64,000 nucleotides of DNA from Acidimicrobiia bacterium (GTDB lineage: Bacteria; Actinomycetota; Acidimicrobiia; Spongiisociales; ZC4RG35), in assembly GCA_040880765.1 (NCBI GenBank), contig JBBDHT010000067.1:8141-72140 (forward strand). Reading direction: 5' to 3'. Shown here one piece after another: positions 17,109 to 25,769 of this stretch. The number at the start of each line of letters is the position of its first letter. The first letter of the stretch is position 1. The position numbers were made by a program, and so were the translations under genes. The notes under the pieces were generated by a model. That model searched no databases and was not told the DNA's origin. It worked only from the letters and a program-made list of their open reading frames with translations.

Positions 17109-18641
17109 TCAAGAGCGTTTCGAGCCTCGGGGCTCGGCAAGGCGAACTTTGAGCGCCCTACCACCCATGGTCGATCCCTTGAGAGCGTCGATTGCACTGC
17201 GGGCCTCGCCCTGGGACATCTCAACGAAACCGAACCCCTTCGACCTGCCATCGCGGCGGTCGGTGATGACGGTTGCGTTGTGCACTCTGCCGTGGCGGGA
17301 GAAGAGATCGCGGATGTCGGAGTCGGTGGCTGTCCAGGGAAGGTTCCCCACGAACACGCTTGGCCTCCGGCCTTCGTGCTTCACAGAGTCGTCATTCCTC
17401 CGGGCGCCGCCCTTATCCGGGCGCGAGCGGGATGAGGACGTTGCACCGGCCCGGGGTTTGCCCTCGCGACGGTCTCCGTTCTCACCACGGGGCGAATCCC
17501 CCATTTGATGACCGCCGCCGACAAGATCGCTGAGAAGTGGCGCTCCGAACGGGACGTTCAGGTCCAGCTGGCGCTGCAGCTTCTGCACCGAGCTTCTCTT
17601 ATCTCGCGTCACCAGGCTCACGACCGAACCCGAAGCGCCCGCACGGGCGGTCCGGCCGGAACGGTGCAGGTAGTCCTTGTGGTCGCCTGCAGGGTCGTAG
17701 TGGATCACTGTCTCGACAGCCTCGATGTGGATGCCGCGGGCAGCGACATCGGTAGCGATCAGCGCCTGGACCCGTCCGTTGGAGAAGTCCTTCAGCGCCC
17801 GCTGTCGTTGATTCTGCGATCGGCCACCGTGCATCGCCACGGCTTTGACGCCGGCAGCCGCGAGCTGTTTGGACAGGCGATCGGCACCATGCCTGGTTCT
17901 CGTAAAAACGATCGATCGACCCGAATGGGCGATCACGTCGGCAGTGTGCTGGATCCGGTCATGATGTTCGACGTTCCAGAAGTGATGCCGGGCATCGTCA
18001 GCCTCCGACTCGACCGTGCCGGTCTCGTGGCGGACCGGGTCCTTCTGGTAATCCCTGACGAGCACAGCAACGTCTCCATCGAGCGTCGCAGAGAAGAGGA
18101 GCGTCTGTTTCTTCGCCGCCGTTTGATCGAGGATTCGTTTTACCGCTGGCAGGAACCCCATGTCGGCCATGCGGTCGGCTTCGTCCACCACCACCATGTC
18201 GATTTCCCCGAGACTAACGAGCCCCTGGTCGATCAGGTCTTCAAGACGCCCGGGTGTCGCGACGAGGATGTCGACGCCACGGTTCAGCGCCGTGCGCTGC
18301 TGCCCGTAGGCGACGCCTCCGTATACGGCGAAGACATCTCTGCCCATCGCCCTCGCCAGAGGCACAATCTCCTCTTTGATCTGCTCGGCGAGTTCGCGGG
18401 TCGGGGCCAGGATCAGGCCACGGGGCCGGCGCTTGGTCGCCTTGCCCACGCGAGCGACCACCGGGATTCCGAAGGCGAGTGTCTTGCCCGAACCGGTCGG
18501 GGCTTTACCGGCAACGTCGCGGCCGTCGAGACCGTCGGGAATTGTCGCCACCTGGACGGGGAAGGGCTCGATAATGCCTTTCTTCTCCAGGATGCGCGCT
18601 ATCTGATCCGGCACGCCAATAGATGCAAAAGTGTTTTCCAT
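17109..18641 (-). CDS. DEAD-box ATP-dependent RNA helicase with a C-terminal canonical RRM domain
   Basis: Q-motif, AxxGxGKT, DEAD (VVVDEADRM), SAT and HRxGRxxR motifs. A Gly/Arg-rich linker is followed by RNP-2 (VFVGNL) and RNP-1 (KGFGFVEM). Start placed at MENTFASIGVPDQ with GGAGA 5 nt upstream; the track start at 18713 adds 24 aa. Confidence 0.85.
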   Translation of the reverse strand: MENTFASIGVPDQIARILEKKGIIEPFPVQVATIPDGLDGRDVAGKAPTGSGKTLAFGIPVVARVGKATKRRPRGLILAPTRELAEQIKEEIVPLARAMGRDVFAVYGGVAYGQQRTALNRGVDILVATPGRLEDLIDQGLVSLGEIDMVVVDEADRMADMGFLPAVKRILDQTAAKKQTLLFSATLDGDVAVLVRDYQKDPVRHETGTVESEADDARHHFWNVEHHDRIQHTADVIAHSGRSIVFTRTRHGADRLSKQLAAAGVKAVAMHGGRSQNQRQRALKDFSNGRVQALIATDVAARGIHIEAVETVIHYDPAGDHKDYLHRSGRTARAGASGSVVSLVTRDKRSSVQKLQRQLDLNVPFGAPLLSDLVGGGHQMGDSPRGENGDRREGKPRAGATSSSRSRPDKGGARRNDDSVKHEGRRPSVFVGNLPWTATDSDIRDLFSRHGRVHNATVITDRRDGRSKGFGFVEMSQGEARSAIDALKGSTMGGRALKVRLAEPRGSKRS

Positions 18642-18859
18642 GATTTCTCCAGTCCCCGGCCGGGGACATAGTCGGTTGTTAGATGTCGTTTCGATGACGC
18701 GGCGTCGCCGCATTCATGAATTGACGTAGGGCGGCCGAAGAGGCGGTCCAACCGTTAGAAGAACTGGAAGTCGTTGCTCATCGAGGAAGCGTGTCAACGC
18801 TGGCCTCCACTCGATGCGATGTGCCCACTCTACCAGGGTCAGAGGGATAGCCGACCCAT

Positions 18860-19363
18860 TCAAGCGGTCTCCTGGAGGAGGTAGGGTTGCCATGCAGGAT
18901 CGAGCTCGTAGCCGGTTGATGCGTATATCCATCCGAACTGCCGCGGAGGCGCCGGGCGCTCGGCCAGCTGGAGACCGGCTTCGACCGGAGTCCTGTCAGC
19001 TTTCCTCACATTGCAGCTTCGACAACATGCGACCACGTTCTCCCATGTGTGGTCCCCGCCCTTGGAACGGGGTAGAACGTGATCAATCGACTCAGCAGGC
19101 CCGCCGCAGTACTGGCACCGGTTGCCGTCGCGTCCAAAAACTGCCCGCCTCGAAACCGGAACCGAGCGCCGGTAAGGCACCTTCACATATCGGACCAGTC
19201 GGACAACGGACGGAACATCGACGATGATCTCAGCAGAGGCCCAGACCTCCTCCCGACCGGCGACGACAATCGCCTTCTCGCGGAGGACGAGCACCACCCC
19301 CCTCCGTGCGCTGACGACGGAAAGAGGCTCATAGCTAGCGTTCAGTACAAGTACTCTTGACAT
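18860..19363 (-). CDS. HNH endonuclease (small McrA-like)
   Basis: CQYCGG...HVLPRSKGG...NVVACCRSCN matches the HNH His-Asn-His plus Cys4 zinc-finger arrangement. Confidence 0.8.
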   Translation of the reverse strand: MSRVLVLNASYEPLSVVSARRGVVLVLREKAIVVAGREEVWASAEIIVDVPSVVRLVRYVKVPYRRSVPVSRRAVFGRDGNRCQYCGGPAESIDHVLPRSKGGDHTWENVVACCRSCNVRKADRTPVEAGLQLAERPAPPRQFGWIYASTGYELDPAWQPYLLQETA

Positions 19364-19388
19364 GGCTGCGTCTTCTTCTCAGGAGACG

Positions 19389-19961
19389 TTACCAAGTAGT
19401 GTGAGCCAAATCTGATTGTTTGGATCCGTCGGGCGTTAGAAAGCCGAGGGCAACCCCAACTGATCGCACCAGCGCCGTCGACCATCCGTCGCCGACGTCT
19501 CCGACACCCCTGTGCTCAGTAGAGCCGTCGGACACGACAACGGTGAGCCCGCCCGGGTCGCTCAGGGACACCGAAACCACTTCACGGGGTATCTGGCCCA
19601 GCACCTGACACCAGGCGTCGGCAAGGCCTTGGGCGATGGCGACCGGAGTGGCCGCGACTTGCCGGGACGATTGCACCTCACCCACGGCGACCTGGATGCG
19701 AGCGCCGATTTCGGTGGGTGTTATCTGCACGTCTGCTCCCGGGTCCGCGTCACCCCGTTTCTGACCGAGGGTCACCCGCGGCCGGACGAGACCCCGTACC
19801 CCGTATGCCACGAGGAGCTCATGCACCTCCTGGAGCACCCGGACCTCGTCGGCGTCCGGCGAGAGACGGAGGTTGAGGCCTCCAGCATCGGAAGCGAGGT
19901 CGACAGCAACGGCTTCGACACCTTCGATGTCCTGGATACGAGTGATGAGGCCCGGCGTCAC
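19389..19961 (-). CDS. Hypothetical acidic protein (function unknown)
   Basis: 190-aa ORF with GTG start, high GC3 coding bias and no recognisable motif. It sits 25 bp upstream of the HNH gene. Confidence 0.45.
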   Translation of the reverse strand: MTPGLITRIQDIEGVEAVAVDLASDAGGLNLRLSPDADEVRVLQEVHELLVAYGVRGLVRPRVTLGQKRGDADPGADVQITPTEIGARIQVAVGEVQSSRQVAATPVAIAQGLADAWCQVLGQIPREVVSVSLSDPGGLTVVVSDGSTEHRGVGDVGDGWSTALVRSVGVALGFLTPDGSKQSDLAHTTW

Positions 19962-20047
19962 GACACAGCCCTGATCGTTCGGCGCCAGCGGAGGAACTCG
20001 ATGACGTCCTCGGGCGTTGTCTCCGACATGTCATTGCCGTAAGCGGT

Positions 20048-21268
20048 ATGAACTCTCCAGTGGAGATATTCGGCGGAAGGACGCAGCCCACGATGGACAC
20101 GCACAGCGAAAACGAACCTTATGGCCTCCAACAGGATCACAGGCCTGAGGCTCATAGCCCTCACGATTTTTCCCACACCCATGTACAAGCTCATGATTCG
20201 ATAGCCATTCCCCGCGGCCAGTCTACCTCCCACAAGGATGAAGTGTCAGTAAAGTCCGGTGATATTCGGAAGAATCGGGAGATTTCGTTGATCGAGGCCA
20301 GCCCCCAGCAAATTGAGCTCTTCGGTGAGCGCTTCCATCGCATCGCCAGCAACGTGGAAACAGTGATCCAGGGCAAACGAGAGGTCATCGAACTTGTAGT
20401 CATGGCCCTGGTCGCCGAGGGTCACGTTCTCGTCGAAGACGTGCCAGGAGTGGGCAAGACCCAGCTGGCGAAGTCGATAGCTCGCAGCATCGATGGCGCC
20501 TTCAACCGCATCCAGTTCACGCCCGACCTTCTGCCCTCAGATGTCACCGGCGTATCGGTCTGGGACCGGAACAGGAGCGAGTTCGAGTTCAAGCCAGGCC
20601 CGATTTTCGCCAACATCGTGGTGGGTGACGAAATCAACCGGGCGAGCCCGAAAACCCAGTCCGCTCTGCTCGAGGCGATGGAGGAGCGTCAGGTCACTTC
20701 AGATGGGATGACCCGAGAGCTGGGACTCCCGTTCATGGTCGTCGCCACGCAAAACCCCCTGGAGCACGAAGGGACCTATCCGCTCCCCGAAGCTCAGCTC
20801 GACCGATTCATGATGCGTGTTGTCATCGGATACCCGAGCCGCCAGAAGGAACTCGAGATGATGGACACCCACGGAGTCCGATCGACCTTCCTCGACCTCG
20901 AACCAGTAGTCACCACCCAGGAAATCGGCGAGATGATCTCGATAGCCCGCGGGGTCACTGTCTCTCAGTCGGTCAAGACATACATCGTGGACCTTGTCGA
21001 GGGCACCAGGAACCATTCCGATATCCTCCTCGGGGCATCACCCCGTTCTGCTCTCTTCTTGCAGCGTCTCTCCCGGGCCAGGGCAGCCTCCGAGGGCAGA
21101 GAGTACGTGACGCCCGACGATGTCAAGGCTCTGGCGAACCCGGTCCTGGTGCACAGGATGTCGCTCCGGCCGGAGGCCCAGATGAGAGGCGAGACCCTCG
21201 ACGAGGTCATCGGAGATGTGATGACCCGGCTCCGGGTTCCCGGCATGACTACCCGACTCGCCACCTGA
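20048..21268 (+). CDS. MoxR-family AAA+ ATPase
   Basis: Walker A DVPGVGKT, Walker B and sensor motifs. The true start is probably GTG at 20243 (AAGGA 5 nt upstream); the first 65 codons of the track ORF are His-rich and lower in GC, so are likely non-coding. Confidence 0.85.
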   Translation: MNSPVEIFGGRTQPTMDTHSENEPYGLQQDHRPEAHSPHDFSHTHVQAHDSIAIPRGQSTSHKDEVSVKSGDIRKNREISLIEASPQQIELFGERFHRIASNVETVIQGKREVIELVVMALVAEGHVLVEDVPGVGKTQLAKSIARSIDGAFNRIQFTPDLLPSDVTGVSVWDRNRSEFEFKPGPIFANIVVGDEINRASPKTQSALLEAMEERQVTSDGMTRELGLPFMVVATQNPLEHEGTYPLPEAQLDRFMMRVVIGYPSRQKELEMMDTHGVRSTFLDLEPVVTTQEIGEMISIARGVTVSQSVKTYIVDLVEGTRNHSDILLGASPRSALFLQRLSRARAASEGREYVTPDDVKALANPVLVHRMSLRPEAQMRGETLDEVIGDVMTRLRVPGMTTRLAT

Positions 21269-22446
21269 TGCCTACCGTCCGCGGCTGGGCATTAACCGGA
21301 AGCGGTGTCGCCCTCCTCATCCTCTGGTACGCCTTTGGTGACCTGGAGCTCTTGCTGGCTGCAATTTTCGTCTTGCTGCTCCAGGCCGGGTCGATTGCAT
21401 ACGTGCGTACCCGCCACCCCAAGCTCTCGATAGGGCGAAGGCTGGGCTCGGCAACCGTTCACGACGGGGACACCACGACCATCACCTTGCTTGTCGCGAA
21501 CGACGGCAAGCGCGCAGCGACCAACCTCAGGATTGACGACAACATCAACAATCTGGGCACCGCCAGTTTCGAGTGCGCTCGCATCTCTCGCGGTGAGCAA
21601 ACCACGGCCACCTATCGGGTGACCTGTCGGCCCCGCGGTGTCTACCGGGTTGGTCCCACTGAGGTGCACAGCGGCGATCCCATCGACCTCGCCAGGACGA
21701 AGGTCGGCATGGGCCCGGTCGACAGGATCGTCGTGTACCCGGCAGTCGAAGAGCTGACCGGGTTTCCGATTGTCCGTGGCCAGGACCCGGCGATGCAGGC
21801 ATCACGGCCCGAACATGCCCGACGGGGCGGCGAGGACTTCTACACACTCCGCGAATACCAGCGGGGTGACGACCTGAGACGGGTGCACTGGCCATCGTCG
21901 GCCCGCACCGACGAGCTGATGATTCGCCAACTGGAAACTCCATGGCAATCGCGGGCGCTCGTGCTTCTCGATGTCAGGTCGAGCAGCTACGAATCCGGGG
22001 CCGCTTTCGAAAAGGCGGTGTCGGGAGCAGCGACAATTGTCACCCATCTCGTGTCATCAGGATTTGACGCCGACCTCTGGGCGGGGGATGCCGACCCCAT
22101 CGACGCTTCGCGTTATGCCTCCGCAATGGAACGCCTCGCCCTCGTTCAACCCGATCCGGCGATCGACATCGAGGCAGTAGCCACCCGGATCCGCCAGAAA
22201 GGAGGGGGTGGCGCCCTGGTGATCGTCACCGGTGTAGCCGATCGCGCACTGCTCTCCGTCCAACAACTCCTCTCGCGCGACTACCCGACAACGGTCCTCA
22301 TGTCGGCTTCGACGACCACATCGCAAACACTCGTCGGCTTCCACCGTCTCGGTGTCAGCACTATCTCGGTCACGCCCGACGAACCCTGGGCGCCGGCATG
22401 GATCACAGGAATAGACACATGGTCAGTAACACGCTCAGTCGTGTAG
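21268..22446 (+). CDS. DUF58 domain protein (vWA-like MoxR partner)
   Basis: DUF58 core YQRGDDLRRVHWPSSARTDELMIRQLE. TGATG overlap with the moxR stop. Confidence 0.85.
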   Translation: MPTVRGWALTGSGVALLILWYAFGDLELLLAAIFVLLLQAGSIAYVRTRHPKLSIGRRLGSATVHDGDTTTITLLVANDGKRAATNLRIDDNINNLGTASFECARISRGEQTTATYRVTCRPRGVYRVGPTEVHSGDPIDLARTKVGMGPVDRIVVYPAVEELTGFPIVRGQDPAMQASRPEHARRGGEDFYTLREYQRGDDLRRVHWPSSARTDELMIRQLETPWQSRALVLLDVRSSSYESGAAFEKAVSGAATIVTHLVSSGFDADLWAGDADPIDASRYASAMERLALVQPDPAIDIEAVATRIRQKGGGGALVIVTGVADRALLSVQQLLSRDYPTTVLMSASTTTSQTLVGFHRLGVSTISVTPDEPWAPAWITGIDTWSVTRSVV

Positions 22447-24749
22447 CGGGAATTGCCGCTTTCTCCTTGATGGTCGTCCGACTCGGGCGACTCTTCGAAA
22501 CGGGCGGCGATGCACCGGCATGGCATCTGATTCTGGTCGCGGCCGCATTTCTCGGAGGAGTGGTGTGGTGGCTGGCATCGCAGACGATGTCCTCGCGACG
22601 CGCCGCCGCGGGTGTCTTTGCAGTAGCCGGGATTCTGCTTTTCCTTCGGATCTCCGTAGCTCAGACACTCATCGTTGGCTTTTTCCCCGGCCCCGAAACG
22701 CCGGCGGCATTGCTCGCCGAGATGGGCGAATCCTTCGACATCATGCGTTTCGGTGTCTCGCCGGTGTATCCCAGCGCCGGTCTCGTCGCAATCCTCGCCG
22801 TGGTGATGTGGGTTATCGGTGCCCTGTTCGTCTGGGGTGCCACACACGGCCCGGCAGCGGCGATGTCGCTGCCGTCGATCGGTATGTATCTCCAGTTCGC
22901 CGTGATCGACCGCGCTCCCGCCGGGCGCGGCTGGATGGGGATGGCTGCTGCAGTCTTCGCACTGGCGGTTGCCGCCATTGCCACCGACCGGAAGAGCGTT
23001 GCCGGCAGAGTCAGGGATTCCAGCGGCCGACCGCTCCCCCGCCATGGGGGGAGCCTGGCACTTGCCATGGCCGGAATCGTTGCAATCTCATCCGTCGCTC
23101 TGGCGACGTCGGCATCTCAGGTGGTTAACGAGTCGGGAAACATCAACTGGCGCTCCGGGGGCGGCTATGGCGAAGGATTTGGTGGAATCTCCTTCAACAG
23201 GCTGGTCGGGTTGCAGAAACGGGTGATATCCCGCTCCAACGCCGAGCTGTTCCGCGTCACGGTCGACAAAAACGCCCCCGATGCCAGCCAGATCTACTAC
23301 CGGATGGAGACTCTCAGCCGCTACGACGGGCAGAGCTGGCTGCCCGGCAACGAACAGCTGGAGCGCTACTCCCCCGCTTCTGCAGGCGGCGACCCCAACT
23401 ATTCCTACCAGGGCACCACGGTCACTTTCACCCAGCGGATCCGGATCGGCGCATTACGGGGCCCTCTCGTCCCTACTGCCGGCATTGCCCGGGCGCTGCA
23501 GAGCGACACCGACAACATCAATCAGTTCCAAGTGGCCCCTGATGGATCACTCATCAATCAGTCACAGCTCGATGAGGGGATGAGTTATCAGGTCGAAGCC
23601 GTGTACCCGCTCGAGCGGGCAGACTTCAACGGGCTGGCCACCGGGCCTGACGGCCAGCTCACCCCACTGTTCACTGAAGCCGGCCGCGCTGGGGCTTTTC
23701 CCGCTGAGCCGGCCCTCCCTCCCGGAGAGTTGAATCGGCCGGGCGATATCGACAGATATCTGGAGTTGCCTGACGACATCTCGTCGGTCGTACCAGCTCT
23801 CGCCCGCGAGGTGACCCTGGGCGCCCGCTCCGATTTCGAGATGGCCACGTTGCTGCAACATTGGTTTCGGGACAGCGGCACCTTCACATATTCGACTGAG
23901 GTGACGACCGGCCATACCGACCTCCAGTTAGCCGATTGGCTCACCGAAGAGGCAAGCCAGGACTACAGGACCGGCTATTGCGAACAGTTCGCCGCCTCCA
24001 TGGCGGTGATGGGGAGGGCTCTCGGTGTCCCGAGCCGCGTGGTCTGGGGCTTCACCCCTGGCGAGGAGATCACCCAAAGCGACGGGACAACAGCAATTGT
24101 GGTCCGGGACAACAACGCCCACGCCTGGGTGGAGATGTGGATGGACGGGTTCGGATGGGTGAAGTTCGATCCCACCCCTCGTTCGGACGGGACACTCCCG
24201 GAGAGCTACACGGCGGCCTTCGATCCCTCTCTCTATGTCGCAGACCCGGTCCAGCAACCTTCTACCTTCGACCAACCCGGATTCGATGAAGACGGATCCG
24301 TTTTCGGGCTCGACGACGTCGACCTCGGTGGGCCCTCAGGCGCCGACTCCTCCGGATCCTTCCCGTGGTGGGTGCTGGCGGTCCCGATTCTGGCCCTGAT
24401 CGGCTTTGCCATCCCATTGCTGAAAGGTCTACGGCGTCGCCGCAGGATGGCGATCATTCGCAGCGGCGACATCACGGCAGCCTGGGATGAGATCGTCGAC
24501 CAGCTTTCCGACCTCGGCGAATCGATACCCGACCACAACACCCCGGTCGAATTTGCCCTGGCAACCGACCGCTCCCTCGTCCCCGTCGCCAGGGCGTACG
24601 GCGCCGTCATCTACGGCGGGCGCGCTAACGAAGGAGAGGTCGACGACTTCCTTGCCGTTGAGCACTGGATCAAGCTTCGCTACGAAAGTGGTCAGAGGAT
24701 GAGAGCCTGGTTCAACCCCGGGTCACTGATCCGGCGCAGCAACGGGTGA
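22398..24749 (+). CDS. Transglutaminase-like membrane protein (TgpA-like)
   Basis: Multiple N-terminal TM helices and a transglutaminase Cys-His-Asp core (GYCEQFA ... HAWVEMW ... FDPTP). The start may be the downstream ATG at 22470. Confidence 0.85.
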   Translation: MDHRNRHMVSNTLSRVAGIAAFSLMVVRLGRLFETGGDAPAWHLILVAAAFLGGVVWWLASQTMSSRRAAAGVFAVAGILLFLRISVAQTLIVGFFPGPETPAALLAEMGESFDIMRFGVSPVYPSAGLVAILAVVMWVIGALFVWGATHGPAAAMSLPSIGMYLQFAVIDRAPAGRGWMGMAAAVFALAVAAIATDRKSVAGRVRDSSGRPLPRHGGSLALAMAGIVAISSVALATSASQVVNESGNINWRSGGGYGEGFGGISFNRLVGLQKRVISRSNAELFRVTVDKNAPDASQIYYRMETLSRYDGQSWLPGNEQLERYSPASAGGDPNYSYQGTTVTFTQRIRIGALRGPLVPTAGIARALQSDTDNINQFQVAPDGSLINQSQLDEGMSYQVEAVYPLERADFNGLATGPDGQLTPLFTEAGRAGAFPAEPALPPGELNRPGDIDRYLELPDDISSVVPALAREVTLGARSDFEMATLLQHWFRDSGTFTYSTEVTTGHTDLQLADWLTEEASQDYRTGYCEQFAASMAVMGRALGVPSRVVWGFTPGEEITQSDGTTAIVVRDNNAHAWVEMWMDGFGWVKFDPTPRSDGTLPESYTAAFDPSLYVADPVQQPSTFDQPGFDEDGSVFGLDDVDLGGPSGADSSGSFPWWVLAVPILALIGFAIPLLKGLRRRRRMAIIRSGDITAAWDEIVDQLSDLGESIPDHNTPVEFALATDRSLVPVARAYGAVIYGGRANEGEVDDFLAVEHWIKLRYESGQRMRAWFNPGSLIRRSNG

Positions 24750-24756
24750 ATCCATG

Positions 24757-25251
24757 TCAGCCGGAGCGGCGCTCCTCCGCGATGTCGCTTTCCACCCGCC
24801 GCAACATGGTGAGGAATCGCTCTCTGTCGAGTTCGAATCTCGTGACATCTTCTTCCACCTCGCGGGCGATCTGGTCGATCGCGACGAAGAAGGAAAGCTG
24901 ACCTTCACGGAGGGCGTCGAGTATCTCGCCTTCGTCCGAGCTCACCTTGAAGATGGTCTGACCGTCAGTCACCAATTTCACTTCCGAAAGGTGATTCTCC
25001 ATACCGCCTTCGCGTCGGAGGTAATCCCACGCTCGACGCACCCGTTGCAGAGACATGCCGTTGTCGAGAAGGCTGCGAACAACCCGGAGGGCAACTAGAT
25101 CTCTGAAGGAGTAGAGGCGCCGCACTCCGGGACGTCCCCCACTCTTCTGAACCGAAGGCTTCACCAAGCCGACCCGGTCCCAATAACGCAACTGGTGGTG
25201 TGTGCAATTGGTCAGCCGACATGCTTGCTCGGCCGTGAATGCCTGCTCCAC
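24757..25251 (-). CDS. MerR-family transcriptional regulator
   Basis: N-terminal MerR HTH (FTAEQACRLTNCTHHQLRYWDRVGLVKP). GTG start with GGAAGGA 4 nt upstream. Confidence 0.8.
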   Translation of the reverse strand: MEQAFTAEQACRLTNCTHHQLRYWDRVGLVKPSVQKSGGRPGVRRLYSFRDLVALRVVRSLLDNGMSLQRVRRAWDYLRREGGMENHLSEVKLVTDGQTIFKVSSDEGEILDALREGQLSFFVAIDQIAREVEEDVTRFELDRERFLTMLRRVESDIAEERRSG

Positions 25252-25269
25252 TCTTTCCTTCCTAAACCG

Positions 25270-25297
25270 TTGACCTGGCGAATTGAGCCAGGTTCAA
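25270..25297. promoter_or_regulatory. Near-perfect palindrome TTGACCTGGC-gaattga-GCCAGGTtCAA, 20-45 bp upstream of the merR start; candidate MerR operator containing a TTGAAC/TTGACC -35-like hexamer
   Basis: 10-bp inverted arms seen directly in the sequence, in the DUF3040-merR intergenic region. Confidence 0.3.
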
Positions 25298-25396
25298 AAA
25301 ACCTTATCCCGGCGATTGACTCCACCCCGGAGGAATGCCATGGGGACGCAACCTTAGCTGCTCCGACGAGCGGACGAAGGATCGCGAAATTCGCCG

Positions 25397-25702
25397 TCAG
25401 ACGACTTGGTCGGAGTCGTTCTCCCCCGCGTCACCGGAGACCAATCTCTCCCGGATCACGGGCACGAGGACACTGACCGAAGCGACCAGGAGGGCAAATC
25501 CGATCAATGCGAAAACGATGTTCTGGGCGAAGAAGAAAAGGATCACGGCGAGGCCGATCACCGCCCCGAGGGCCGCCAGGCGAACCTTCACCGTCGGCAT
25601 ACTGTCGATGTTCTCAACGGCGCGGGCCAGCTCTGGGTCTTCCTCATAGAACTGTCGCTCTATCTCAGCGAGGATCTTTTGTTCCCGATCGTCTAAGGGC
25701 AT
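25397..25702 (-). CDS. DUF3040 family small membrane protein
   Basis: Starts MPLDDREQKILAEIERQFYEEDPELA and ends in a C-terminal TM helix, the DUF3040 hallmark. The longer track ORF (209 aa) overlaps dinB and is rejected. Confidence 0.7.
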   Translation of the reverse strand: MPLDDREQKILAEIERQFYEEDPELARAVENIDSMPTVKVRLAALGAVIGLAVILFFFAQNIVFALIGFALLVASVSVLVPVIRERLVSGDAGENDSDQVV

Positions 25703-25769
25703 TTGGTCGACTCTCGTTTTCCCTGTCTTCCCCAACTTTACACCGGCTCTGGAGTCAGTAGTCGATAGT

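Noticed and set aside
18714-18932. 62-aa ORF inside the helicase 5' leader
   Set aside because: Pro/Leu/Arg-rich, no RBS, partly overlaps the HNH 3' end. It is more likely non-coding leader sequence.
18860-19363. HNH endonuclease as a restriction/defence system or homing element
   Set aside because: It is a stand-alone 167-aa HNH with a Cys4 zinc finger, typical of small housekeeping McrA-like proteins. There is no adjacent methyltransferase, intein, intron or repeat structure and no GC anomaly.
20048-24749. MoxR-DUF58-transglutaminase as a novel system
   Set aside because: This is a well-known conserved triad in actinobacteria and other phyla; nothing unusual beyond start-codon ambiguity.
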